Positions 9,465-18,984 of a stretch of DNA of 64,000 nt are shown in pieces. Position 1 is the stretch's first letter; each line of letters starts with the position of its first letter. The notes under the pieces were generated by a model. The model saw only the letters and a program-made list of their open reading frames with translations, made no database searches and was not told the DNA's origin. The position numbers and the translations under genes were made by a program. The stretch lies in the sequence record SRR2962707_1082; one strand, written 5' to 3'.

Positions 9465-10814
9465 TTGGATAGTTTTGGACGCATTGATCGCCATGCACGG
9501 CATAAAATTGCCGGTAGCGTTGCTCTCAGCTCAATAGAGCAGGGCGCAAAAGACCGCCTTTTGCCATTCGGCAATGGGCGTTCTTATGGTGATAGCTGTC
9601 ACAATGACGATGGTATTTTGGCTGATATGCGCGGCCAAAGCAATATCGTATCATTTGATACCTCAACGGGTGAGCTGATCGCTGAGCCAGGTATCTTGCT
9701 TCATGAGATCATTGATTATTGCGCGCCGCATGGCTGGTTTTTGCCAGTCACGCCCGGAACGCGCTTTGTGACGCTTGGCGGCGCTGTGGCCAATGATGTC
9801 CATGGCAAGAACCATCATGCACGCGGCACATTTGGTTGCTTCGTCGAAGCGCTCACATTGCAGCGCTCTGAAGGCATTCACCGACTGACGCGAGATGATG
9901 AAACAGGGCTTTTTGCGGCGACCATTGGCGGTATGGGCCTGACGGGTATTATCATCCGCGTGACACTTCGTTTGATGAAAGTTGGTTCGCTTGATCTGAT
10001 TGAGAAGATCACGCCCTTTCAAACGCTGGATGACTATTTTGCGCAGGCCGAAAAAGCTGATAATGAAAACGAATATTCGGTGGCTTGGCTCGATCAATTA
10101 TCCGGTGAGCGCGGCGTATTGATGACGGCTAATCATAGCGGCAATGGTAACTTTGACACCGGTACGCATGAAGCCAAACTAAAAGTGCCTTTTGATTTGC
10201 CATTTAATGCGCTCAATCATTGGAGCCTGAAGGCGTTTAATACGGCGTTTTATTTTGCCAAAAAGCGCAAAGCGGACCAGTTGCCCACATCCAATTATCA
10301 AGGCTTTTTCTATCCCTTAGATGCGGTGGAAAATTGGAACCGGCTTTACGGTCCACGCGGTCTATTTCAGCATCAAAGCGCGATACCGGCGCCGCAGGCA
10401 ATCGATACGATACGTTTGATGCTCTATGCGACGCAGCGCGCGGGACAGGCATCATTTTTGACGGTCTTGAAGCGTTTTGGCACAATTCAATCGCCCGGAT
10501 TACTCAGTTTTCCGCAGCCCGGATTTACGCTCACTTTGGATTTTCCCAATCGTGGGGAAAAAACTCTAAAGCTGCTTGAAGAACTCGATCGGTTGACAAT
10601 CCAAGCCGGTGGGCGCGTTAATCCCTATAAGGATGCGCGGATGAGCGCTGAGACCTTTGCTGCATCTTTTCCTCAATGGGAAGAGTTGGAAGCCTACCGC
10701 GATCCGGCGATTGTGTCTGATTTTTGGAAGCGCACTGCGCTTAAATTACCGCAAAGCGGCAGTATTAAAAAATTTACCACGTTGGTTCAGGCGACTGAAA
10801 CCTCTGTTCGATAA
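9465..10814 (+). CDS. FAD-dependent oxidoreductase, DprE1-like (polyprenylphosphoryl-ribose 2'-oxidase)
   Basis: GNGRSYGD, PVTPGTRFVTLGGAVANDVHGKNHH, TIGGMGLTG, FFYPLD, WNRLYG, SFLTVLK, TLTLDF and KDARM; TTG start. Confidence 0.87.
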   Translation: MDSFGRIDRHARHKIAGSVALSSIEQGAKDRLLPFGNGRSYGDSCHNDDGILADMRGQSNIVSFDTSTGELIAEPGILLHEIIDYCAPHGWFLPVTPGTRFVTLGGAVANDVHGKNHHARGTFGCFVEALTLQRSEGIHRLTRDDETGLFAATIGGMGLTGIIIRVTLRLMKVGSLDLIEKITPFQTLDDYFAQAEKADNENEYSVAWLDQLSGERGVLMTANHSGNGNFDTGTHEAKLKVPFDLPFNALNHWSLKAFNTAFYFAKKRKADQLPTSNYQGFFYPLDAVENWNRLYGPRGLFQHQSAIPAPQAIDTIRLMLYATQRAGQASFLTVLKRFGTIQSPGLLSFPQPGFTLTLDFPNRGEKTLKLLEELDRLTIQAGGRVNPYKDARMSAETFAASFPQWEELEAYRDPAIVSDFWKRTALKLPQSGSIKKFTTLVQATETSVR

Positions 10815-10844
10815 GGTTTGAACGATAGTTATATCGGGGTGGGT

Positions 10845-11276
10845 ATGAAGTACATTATTTTCATTTTGTTTACGGTGGCAACCAACGCCGCTGCGCAGTT
10901 GATGCTTAAGCAGGGCATGTCAACGCTGTCGCCAACGATATTGGCGCAATCTAATATCATCTTGAAGCTATTGATGATCGTGTTTTCACCATGGGTTTTC
11001 TTTGGTCTGGCGACATTCGTTGTCTCCATGGCGAGCCACATGTTCGTGTTGTCTAAGGTCGATCTTTCTTTTGCCTATCCGTTTTTATCGCTGGCCTATG
11101 TTTTGGTCGCGGTGTTGGCGTGGCAATTGTTTGGCGAAGAGCTTGGCGTTTATAAAATCGCTGGCATCGCTTTCATTTGTATTGGCACAATTTTGATCGC
11201 TCAGTCAGGCACGCCCACCGAAGCTGATCTTACGCAAGCAATAACAAATAATAATACGGAAGAGATGAAATCATGA
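10845..11276 (+). CDS. SMR/EamA-like 4-TM transporter (ArnE/ArnF-like lipid-sugar flippase)
   Basis: AQLMLKQG, LSKVDLSFAYPFLSLAYV and LFGE; four TM helices. Confidence 0.8.
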   Translation: MKYIIFILFTVATNAAAQLMLKQGMSTLSPTILAQSNIILKLLMIVFSPWVFFGLATFVVSMASHMFVLSKVDLSFAYPFLSLAYVLVAVLAWQLFGEELGVYKIAGIAFICIGTILIAQSGTPTEADLTQAITNNNTEEMKS

Positions 11277-12286
11277 AACACGTCATTTTTGGCGGCGACG
11301 GCTTTGTCGGTCGCTATCTAGCAAAAGACTTGGTGGCGCGCGGAGAAAAGGTTCTTGTTGCAGACATCCATAAAACCGATCTAGCGCATTATGATAAAGC
11401 AGAGCATGTTTTCTGCGATGTAACGAACTCGGCCTCAGTTGCCGGCGTTAAAATCGCTAAGGGTGATATGGTTTATAATATGTCAGCCATGATGCTTTCG
11501 CCGATTCAAAAGCGCATTGATCGCTATCCGTTTTTCTATCCGGTTAACACATTTGGCGCGGCCAATATTATGGCGCATACCTATGCTTCAGGTGGCCGCA
11601 AGCTGGTGCAGTTCACAACCGATATGGTCTATGGCCGTACGGTTAAAACACCGCAAGATGAGAGCCATCCGATTGATCCTATCGGCCATTATGGCGCTTC
11701 TAAAGCCCGCACAGAAGAGATTGTCGCTTCATGGCGTGAGAAGGGTATGAATATCACGATCATTCGCCCACGCCTTATTATTGGCCCGGGCCGTCTTGGC
11801 ATTTTGGGCAAATTGTTCAAGCTAATTGATATGAACCTACCGGTTCCAATGATCGGCGCTGGCAATAACCCCTACCAATTTATTTCTGTGTTTGACTGCG
11901 CGGAAGTTGCGCGTCTTGCATGGGAGCACGGGGTGCCGAACAAGGAATACAATCTTGGTTCAGACAATCCACCGTCTGTAAAAAAACTGCTTGGTGATTT
12001 GATTAAGTCTGCTGGCTCGAAATCGATCCTGATCCCAACACCTGGATTTGCGGTGAAATGGACATTGGCAACGCTTGATTGGTTCAACGTGCCGATCATG
12101 GATCCAGAGCAATATATGATTGCCGATGAATATTGTGTGCGTGATACGACGGCGGCGAAAGCTGACTTTGGCTGGGTGCCGAAATATCGCGATGAAGACA
12201 TGCTGCAAGAAGCCTATGCGGAATATCGCCGCGCGGTGGATGCGGGCGTTGATGTGGGAAATTCTACTGTCGTTGCGGCAGAGTGA
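11273..12286 (+). CDS. extended SDR NAD-dependent epimerase/dehydratase
   Basis: GGDGFVG Rossmann motif, YGASK (YxxxK), IRPRLIIGPG; ATGA overlap with upstream gene. Confidence 0.85.
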   Translation: MKHVIFGGDGFVGRYLAKDLVARGEKVLVADIHKTDLAHYDKAEHVFCDVTNSASVAGVKIAKGDMVYNMSAMMLSPIQKRIDRYPFFYPVNTFGAANIMAHTYASGGRKLVQFTTDMVYGRTVKTPQDESHPIDPIGHYGASKARTEEIVASWREKGMNITIIRPRLIIGPGRLGILGKLFKLIDMNLPVPMIGAGNNPYQFISVFDCAEVARLAWEHGVPNKEYNLGSDNPPSVKKLLGDLIKSAGSKSILIPTPGFAVKWTLATLDWFNVPIMDPEQYMIADEYCVRDTTAAKADFGWVPKYRDEDMLQEAYAEYRRAVDAGVDVGNSTVVAAE

Positions 12287-12295
12287 GGTTAGACG

Positions 12296-13807
12296 ATGTT
12301 TGGTTTTCTAAAGTCGAATAAAAAATCTGTGGCAGCGCAAGCGGCGACAACAAACCGTGTGGTTATGCCCGCGTCCGGCCCTGTGGCGAAGCCGAAATTG
12401 CTGTCGGTTGAAGATGCCAAACATATGAGCGTAGAGAAGATGACAGATCTTTTCAAAGCCCATTATAATCCGGGTCAATTGCACTTCATGAAATTGCTGG
12501 GCTTTAACAAAGTCAAAATCGAACGCGCTGAAGGCATGTATTATTACGACCAAGATGGCCGTGCGATCCTCGACTTTTTCGGCGGTTTTGGTTCATTGGC
12601 GCTCGGTCACAACAATCCGCGCATCATCGCTGCGCGCAAGAAATTCCAAGATGAACAGCGCCATGAAATTGGCATGGCTTTCATGAGCCAATATGCAACG
12701 GCGCTCGCTCATAATATCGCGGAAATTTCGCCCGGCGATTTGAACATGGTGTTCCTTGGCTCTTCTGGTTCAGAAGCGATGGAAGCGGCTTTGAAGGTGT
12801 GTGAACGCGCTGCTGGCCCAAGCCGCCCGATGGTGGTGTATGCGGAAAATTCATTCCACGGCAAAACCAAGGGCGTTTTGTCTTATACTGATGGTCCGCT
12901 TTACCAAGGTGAATTCAAGCTGCTTGAGAATGGCATCAAAGTGCCATTTGGCGATATTGATGCAATCGAGGCAGCTTTCAAGGCGCATCCTGAGATCGGC
13001 ACGATCTGTCTTGAGACTATTCAGGGCGGCGGCGGTATCAACATGGCACCTGCTTCATTCTGGCAGAAGCTACGCGCGCTGTGCGATCAATATGGTGTGT
13101 TATGGCTCGCTGATGAAGTGCAATGCGGTGTGGGCCGCACGGGCCGTTTCTATGCGTTTGAGCATTACGGCGTTGTGCCGGATGTAACTGCAATTGCTAA
13201 ATCCCTTGGCGGCGGCAAATCGGCGATGGCTGCTATGGTCGCGCGCAGTGATATTTATATGAAAGCCTATGGCACACCTAAAACGGCGCTTATTCATGCG
13301 GCGGCGACATTTGGCGGTATGGGCGAGGGCTGTGTTACTGCCATTGAAACGCTCAATGCGCTTTATGAAGATGGTTTGATTGATAATGCGGCGACAACAG
13401 GTGCTTATCTGATTTCAGAATTAGAACGCTTGCAGGCTAAATATCCTGACATAATCAAGGATGTGCGCGGTCAGGGCTTTATGGTTGGGCTTGAGTTCCA
13501 AGATTTCAGCCAGACACTGCCAGCAGTTATGCGCCCGGCGGTTGCTATGTTGGACGATAAATTGAAAGGCTCGCTTTCGGGCTTTTTGGGCGCGCTTTTG
13601 CTGCGTGACCATGATGTGCTGGTGGCTTTCACAGAATATAACCGCAATGTGGTGCGCCTGTTGCCACCATTGGTTTGCACCAAAGAAAATGTTGATGAGC
13701 TAATTGTGGCGCTCGACAAAATGATGGGCAAGGGCGTGGTTATGATTGTGAAAGACTTTATTCAGGCGCAAGTGGTTGAAAAACCAAAGCGTAAAAAAGC
13801 AGCCTGA
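12296..13807 (+). CDS. class III (ArgD/PatA-like) PLP aminotransferase
   Basis: LDFFGGFGSLALGHN, SGSEAMEAALK, SFHGKT, DEVQCGVGRTG and AIAKSLGGG. Confidence 0.9.
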   Translation: MFGFLKSNKKSVAAQAATTNRVVMPASGPVAKPKLLSVEDAKHMSVEKMTDLFKAHYNPGQLHFMKLLGFNKVKIERAEGMYYYDQDGRAILDFFGGFGSLALGHNNPRIIAARKKFQDEQRHEIGMAFMSQYATALAHNIAEISPGDLNMVFLGSSGSEAMEAALKVCERAAGPSRPMVVYAENSFHGKTKGVLSYTDGPLYQGEFKLLENGIKVPFGDIDAIEAAFKAHPEIGTICLETIQGGGGINMAPASFWQKLRALCDQYGVLWLADEVQCGVGRTGRFYAFEHYGVVPDVTAIAKSLGGGKSAMAAMVARSDIYMKAYGTPKTALIHAAATFGGMGEGCVTAIETLNALYEDGLIDNAATTGAYLISELERLQAKYPDIIKDVRGQGFMVGLEFQDFSQTLPAVMRPAVAMLDDKLKGSLSGFLGALLLRDHDVLVAFTEYNRNVVRLLPPLVCTKENVDELIVALDKMMGKGVVMIVKDFIQAQVVEKPKRKKAA

Positions 13808-13816
13808 ATTTAATAG

Positions 13817-13850
13817 AAAAGCGTGGGCGAGATAATCTCGCCCCGCATTT
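13817..13850. terminator. hairpin between convergent genes (probable bidirectional terminator)
   Basis: GCGTGGGCGAGA-TAA-TCTCGCCCCGC with A run upstream and T run downstream. Confidence 0.6.
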
Positions 13851-14310
13851 ACTTTGTCTGCCGACGCGCAGATATGAAGTGATAAATAATCGCAATGGCA
13901 AGATATGTGCCTAGGCGCGATGGTGTAATCAAATCCGATTTAACAAATATGTAGCTGCCGAAAAAGAACAGCGGCAGATAAAAAAGCGTGCCTGTTATAA
14001 CGCCCGGCGAATATTTGCGCAGCTTGATAACGCCGAAAATATGAAAGCCTCCGTTGATGGCCGAAACGGCAGCAACGCCCAGTGCGATAGATGCGCCAGT
14101 TGAGGTGTTCCCATAAAAGAGCGCGATCGCAATAAACCACATCATAAATGTATTTATCCAGACCAGAAATGCGGGTCCGCGCCCCTCAGTCTTTGGCGGC
14201 ATCATTTCGCGATACCACTCAATAAAGCCACCGGGAAATATAAATTCCTCTGTGACATGCAACATAGCTGCAATCGCAAGCAGCATTGAGAATTGTTCGA
14301 CGCTAAGCAT
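13849..14310 (-). CDS. HXXEE domain membrane protein
   Basis: LHVTEEFIFPGGF and YSPGVITG motifs; about 5 TM helices. Confidence 0.85.
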   Translation of the reverse strand: MLSVEQFSMLLAIAAMLHVTEEFIFPGGFIEWYREMMPPKTEGRGPAFLVWINTFMMWFIAIALFYGNTSTGASIALGVAAVSAINGGFHIFGVIKLRKYSPGVITGTLFYLPLFFFGSYIFVKSDLITPSRLGTYLAIAIIYHFISARRQTK

Positions 14311-14457
14311 TTTATGCTACTATTTTTTGTTAATGCTCTTTCTTCACAAAAATCAAAGCATGCTTCACCACGCAATTGACTTTACGTAGATGGGTTCCAG
14401 AACTTCGCCGATAACAGCCTGTGGATTTCACGTATCCTGAAATTCAAGGCTTTTACC

Positions 14458-16125
14458 TTAGTTCCACTGTGCTTGAATGCGCGGGTGGATAAGCGCTGTG
14501 TAACACGGTGATACGTCCACCTCGATGTGGTTCTTCAGCGCTGGCAAGTAGATGTCTTCAAGCGCTTTGACATTGGCTGTGAACGGGCAACGCGGTATTA
14601 GAATAATATCCGTATCTGCAAGTGCCTCAGCTTCCCCTTCGCGCAATTTGGTGACAATGCGGGTAGGGTCCGCGCCAATAGCGACGTGCTTTGGTGCTTG
14701 TTTATCCAGCAAATAGGCAAAGGGATTTGTGAAGTCCATGTTCATCACAGTATTGAATTTTAAGCCCTTTGCTTCGCGATCTAGCAATGCGCCAACAGCC
14801 TCATCAGCATTTTTTGCCCAGCTTGCCTGAAAGCTAAAGTCTTGGAATAGGATAAATTCAGGCAATTGGCCAAGCTTCGTATAGTCCATCATTGCCTCTG
14901 GATATTGCAGCCAATGTTGACGCATGTCGACTTCGCGCTCGTGCAAAAACGGACGTACAAGAACATTGCCCATACTGCCAAGGTTTTTTTGTTCAAGCGG
15001 TGTTTGATTGATGCCGACAAGAACTGCCCGTGTTGCGTGTTGCAAGGTCTGCGCTATGGGCGGCAATACCGTGGCTGCACTCAATGTCAGCAGAATGTAG
15101 GCCGCGACTTTGTTGGTGCTGCCATCAACGACTTTTGACATGGCATAGATCATGACCGGAATGATAAAGACAAGTTCCTGACTGCCGGTGTTTTGGCTTT
15201 CATAAAAAACGCCGACGACAAGACCCACAAATATCCAAGAGGCCGGATGATCAAGCCGTTTCCATTTGGCGGTAAAAAGCAACAATAGACCGGCGAGCGC
15301 AGCGGGTGCACACACACCAAAAGTGCGCGATGCGCCTTGTAACAGTCGAGTGAGGAGACCTTCCTCGTTGCCCGTCACCAATGCGATAATATCACCAATA
15401 TAGGCTGATACGATGCCTGTGGTTATTTCTGTAATCGCCAAAATGATGGCGCTCAGAACAATTGCGATAATGGTTGAAGCAATCGAGATTCTACCGGTGA
15501 AAAGCGCATAGGCGCAGAACAGGCCTGCGGCTAGGAAAGCCGTGATTTTGATGGAAAATAAAACGGTCATCACAAGGCCAATGACCGCGCCTTGTATCCA
15601 AGTGGAGCGCATGAACAACAGCGCTGCTGCAAGCACATAAATTAGCTGGCTGCCTTGGCGGTTATAAATCCCAAAACCGTCAAACCCTGGGTAGTTATAA
15701 TATTCTGTGGTGTTAAATGGTACGATGGTGAAAAAAGCGAAGCCCATCACAACGAGCAGGGCGGTAACAACATTCGTTTTCATGCTGTCCCATGTCACGA
15801 TCGCCATAAGTGGCACAGTGACAACAACAATCGACCATGACGCTGCGAGCATTGGCTGGCTGTCGGGCAACAAAAGCCTTAGCCAATAAAATAAGTAGTA
15901 GCCCAAGGCGCCCACGGGCGGAAAGAAATCAACATTGGGAATTTGGCCTGTGGCGATGCGGTTTTGCGCATCCAGATAGAGGTAGCTATCCCAGTAAAAT
16001 GCGCCAATGGGTATTTTGACGTGCACAGATAAAATGATGGCTGGAATGGCCAGTGAAAGTGCCAGCAGCGCCCAACTCAATGCAGCATAATATTTATTGT
16101 GATACCCAGTTGTCGAATTCATCAT
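14458..16125 (-). CDS. polytopic membrane protein, probable GT-C fold glycosyltransferase
   Basis: About 10 TM helices plus C-terminal soluble domain; first loop YWDSYLYLDAQNRIATGQIPNVDFFPPVG resembles the acidic G-x-x-P-x-x-D loop of lipid-donor GT-C enzymes. Confidence 0.55.
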   Translation of the reverse strand: MMNSTTGYHNKYYAALSWALLALSLAIPAIILSVHVKIPIGAFYWDSYLYLDAQNRIATGQIPNVDFFPPVGALGYYLFYWLRLLLPDSQPMLAASWSIVVVTVPLMAIVTWDSMKTNVVTALLVVMGFAFFTIVPFNTTEYYNYPGFDGFGIYNRQGSQLIYVLAAALLFMRSTWIQGAVIGLVMTVLFSIKITAFLAAGLFCAYALFTGRISIASTIIAIVLSAIILAITEITTGIVSAYIGDIIALVTGNEEGLLTRLLQGASRTFGVCAPAALAGLLLLFTAKWKRLDHPASWIFVGLVVGVFYESQNTGSQELVFIIPVMIYAMSKVVDGSTNKVAAYILLTLSAATVLPPIAQTLQHATRAVLVGINQTPLEQKNLGSMGNVLVRPFLHEREVDMRQHWLQYPEAMMDYTKLGQLPEFILFQDFSFQASWAKNADEAVGALLDREAKGLKFNTVMNMDFTNPFAYLLDKQAPKHVAIGADPTRIVTKLREGEAEALADTDIILIPRCPFTANVKALEDIYLPALKNHIEVDVSPCYTALIHPRIQAQWN

Positions 16126-16202
16126 TTTTCGCCCGATTTGTTTGACCAAACAATAGGGCGAACTGACTACTTTAGGGTTAACAATGTCTGAAACCGCGTC
16201 TA

Positions 16203-18764
16203 TTAACTCCGCGGTTTTAGATTTTCTGGATCATAAAGTGGTGCGTAGCCAACGCCGGCCACAGACACGGGGTATTGTTCGCCAAAATATTCAATCAAGA
16301 ATGAATTGCCCAGTTTTGCGTGTTCGTGGGGCAAATAGGCCAGCGCAATGTTCTTGCCGATGGTTGGACCAAAAGCCATGGAGGTCGTGAAAGACCGGCG
16401 GCCTTGCGCATCGACCAATGTTTCTTTGGTTTGAGGATCAAGGACAGGGCAGATGCCAACCGGATAGCGGGCAACGCCGTTGCTATCAATATTCTCATCC
16501 ATCACCAAAGTGCAGAGCATTGCAGGCTGATGGTCGCGTTCGCGAATGGCCAGATGTGCTTGCTTGCCTTTAAAATCAGCTTCTTTGACTTTCGGGCGGG
16601 CAAGATCGGCTTCTAGTAGGTTATATTCAGTCAGCAAATCAGCATTTTGCAGGCGCAATGATTTTTCCATACGGCGGGTATTTGCATAGGTTTCAACGCC
16701 AAAAGGCATTACGCCAGCGGCGCGAATTGCATCCCAAACAGCAAGGCCGTCTTCGTATTTCATGTGCAATTCCCAGCCTTGTTCGCCCACATAAGAAAGG
16801 CGGAGGGCAGTGACGGTCACGCCCGCAATCTCAATTTGGCGTAGCGCAGCAAATGGGAAGTTTTCATTTGATAGCTGATCAGGATCTTGTACCAAGCCTT
16901 GCAGAGTGGTGCGGGCATTTGGCCCCCATAGGCCGATGGTGGTGAAGTTTTCTGTTACGTCTTCAACGCTGACATCAAAGCCTTTTTCCTGTGCCGTGCG
17001 TTTCATATAGTTGAAGTCGCGCGGCCCAGCATCTGCGCCATCGATAATGCGGCAACGATCTGCCATGCGAATGACGGTAAGGTCTGCGCGCACGCCGCCA
17101 TCTTCTTCAAGGAAATGGGTGTAAATGCCTTTGCCAATCATATTGTCGCCGCCAATTTTGGCAGCGCAAAGCCATTCCATCAGCGCTACGTGGTCAGGGC
17201 CGGTGACATCATACATGGCAAAATGCGATAGATTGACCATGCCCACATTCTCGCTCATTTCGAGATGTTCAGCGTTTGAAACGCGCCAGAAATGGCGATT
17301 GTCCCATTCGTTTTCGCGCACCGGCACCTTATCAGCCCATTTATCGATTAGATGCTCGTTGGACGCATAGCCATGCGCACGTTCCCAGCCACCCAGCTCC
17401 ATGAAATGGCCGCCTAGTTCGACTTCGCGCTCATAGAAGGGTGAACGGCGGGTGTTGCGTCCGCCAGCAAAAGGCTCGCGCGGATGAACGGCTGGATTGT
17501 AGACTTTGCGCGCAGTTTCGGTGCAGCGCTCTTCGATGAATTTCTCTTTTGTTTGGAACGGATAGAACCGCGCATAGTCGATTGCATGGTGGTCAATGGA
17601 TGTGCGTCCATCGGTCATCCAATCGGCAATGAGTTTGCCCATGCCCGGGCCGTCTTTTACCCAAATCGCAACCGCATACCAAAGGCCGCGCACTTTTTGG
17701 CTTTCGCCCATGGATGGACCGCCATCGGTGGTCACTTGCAAAAGACCATTGAATGAATGGCTCTCATTATAGCCAAGCTCAGCCAAAATTGGCGTGAGTT
17801 CCATGGCGCGTTCAAGCGGTTCCATGATTTGCTCGAGCGGCAAATCCCGCTGTGAGGGGGATAGGCGCGCTTCATGCTTTTCAAGAATATCGCGTGGATG
17901 GCAAAGGCGCGGGTTCGTTTCTTCGTAATATCCCCATTCGATTTGGCCACCCTCAGGTGTTTTTGGATCGCCGGTATCGCGCATATAGGCCGAATTGCCT
18001 TGGTCGCGCAGTAGCGGATAGCCGATGTCTTTGCCCGTGCCTTCAAATTCCGTGTAAGGACCAAAAAATGTGAGCGGGTGATCGACCGGCATTACCGGCA
18101 GGTCTTCGCCAACCATTTCAGCAATCAGACGGCCCCAAAGGCCCGTACAGACCACTACATAATCGGCCATGATGGTGCCGCGTTCAGTTTTAACGCCGGT
18201 AATGCGGCCATTTTCGACAATCAAATCGAGCGCCGATGTGTTGGCATAGGCTTGCAGTTTTCCTGTCGCAACCGCTTCATCGACAAGTTCGCCAGCAACA
18301 GTTTGCGAGCGCGGTTTTACCAAGCCAGCATCTGGATCCCACAATGCGCCTTGGATCATATCTTCTTCAAGCAGCGGGAATTTTTCTTTGGCTTCTGCGG
18401 CAGAAATCATGGTGGCGCGTGTGCCGAAGGCTTTGCCGGAGGCCACTTTGCGTTTGAGTTCCATCATGCGGCCATCGTCACCAACGCGGGCGACTTCTAG
18501 GCCACCAACTTTTGCATAGCGGCCGCGCTTTTCAAAAAAGTCGATGGAGTAAAGCGTTGTCCAGCAAGACAGAAAATCATGCGACGTCGCATAGCAAAAG
18601 TCTGATGCGTGCGAGGTGGAGCCGATGTCTGTTGGAATAGCCGATTTGTCTATACCGACAATGTCGTCCCAGCCGCGCTCAATGAGGTGATGGGCGACAC
18701 AAGCACCCACAATGCCGCCAAGGCCAATGATCACTACTTTTGCGCGTTCTGGAAAGGCAGCCAT
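16203..18764 (-). CDS. GcvT-family FAD-dependent dehydrogenase (dimethylglycine/sarcosine dehydrogenase-like)
   Basis: N-terminal FAD motif VVIIGLGGIVG, GGWERA, folate-binding LSYVGEQGWELH and RRMEK, C-terminal YDPEN; GGAG RBS before ATG 18764. Confidence 0.88.
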   Translation of the reverse strand: MAAFPERAKVVIIGLGGIVGACVAHHLIERGWDDIVGIDKSAIPTDIGSTSHASDFCYATSHDFLSCWTTLYSIDFFEKRGRYAKVGGLEVARVGDDGRMMELKRKVASGKAFGTRATMISAAEAKEKFPLLEEDMIQGALWDPDAGLVKPRSQTVAGELVDEAVATGKLQAYANTSALDLIVENGRITGVKTERGTIMADYVVVCTGLWGRLIAEMVGEDLPVMPVDHPLTFFGPYTEFEGTGKDIGYPLLRDQGNSAYMRDTGDPKTPEGGQIEWGYYEETNPRLCHPRDILEKHEARLSPSQRDLPLEQIMEPLERAMELTPILAELGYNESHSFNGLLQVTTDGGPSMGESQKVRGLWYAVAIWVKDGPGMGKLIADWMTDGRTSIDHHAIDYARFYPFQTKEKFIEERCTETARKVYNPAVHPREPFAGGRNTRRSPFYEREVELGGHFMELGGWERAHGYASNEHLIDKWADKVPVRENEWDNRHFWRVSNAEHLEMSENVGMVNLSHFAMYDVTGPDHVALMEWLCAAKIGGDNMIGKGIYTHFLEEDGGVRADLTVIRMADRCRIIDGADAGPRDFNYMKRTAQEKGFDVSVEDVTENFTTIGLWGPNARTTLQGLVQDPDQLSNENFPFAALRQIEIAGVTVTALRLSYVGEQGWELHMKYEDGLAVWDAIRAAGVMPFGVETYANTRRMEKSLRLQNADLLTEYNLLEADLARPKVKEADFKGKQAHLAIRERDHQPAMLCTLVMDENIDSNGVARYPVGICPVLDPQTKETLVDAQGRRSFTTSMAFGPTIGKNIALAYLPHEHAKLGNSFLIEYFGEQYPVSVAGVGYAPLYDPENLKPRS

Positions 18765-18984
18765 AAAAATTCTCCGCATGAAATATCATGTCTAATATTG
18801 TCAATTCGGCACACAAAGCGAAGGCAAAAATGCAATGCAGCCAATTATTCAGCCTATATTGTCAAAACCGCTGAAAATACCTGTTCTTAATGCGACTTTG
18901 CTATGTCGCCAGACTGCGCATTTTGGCGCGGCGAACACAATATTTTTAGATGCTTCCTCTCCAATCATAGGCTAAGCATTTTTT

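Noticed and set aside
11273-12286. Calling the SDR a DprE2 ortholog
   Set aside because: It is a 337-aa extended SDR (GGxGFVG epimerase type), not a ~250-aa classical SDR. A functional substitution cannot be excluded and is listed as a refutation test.
16167-16183. CtrA box upstream of the GT-C-like gene
   Set aside because: Only one good TTAAC half-site
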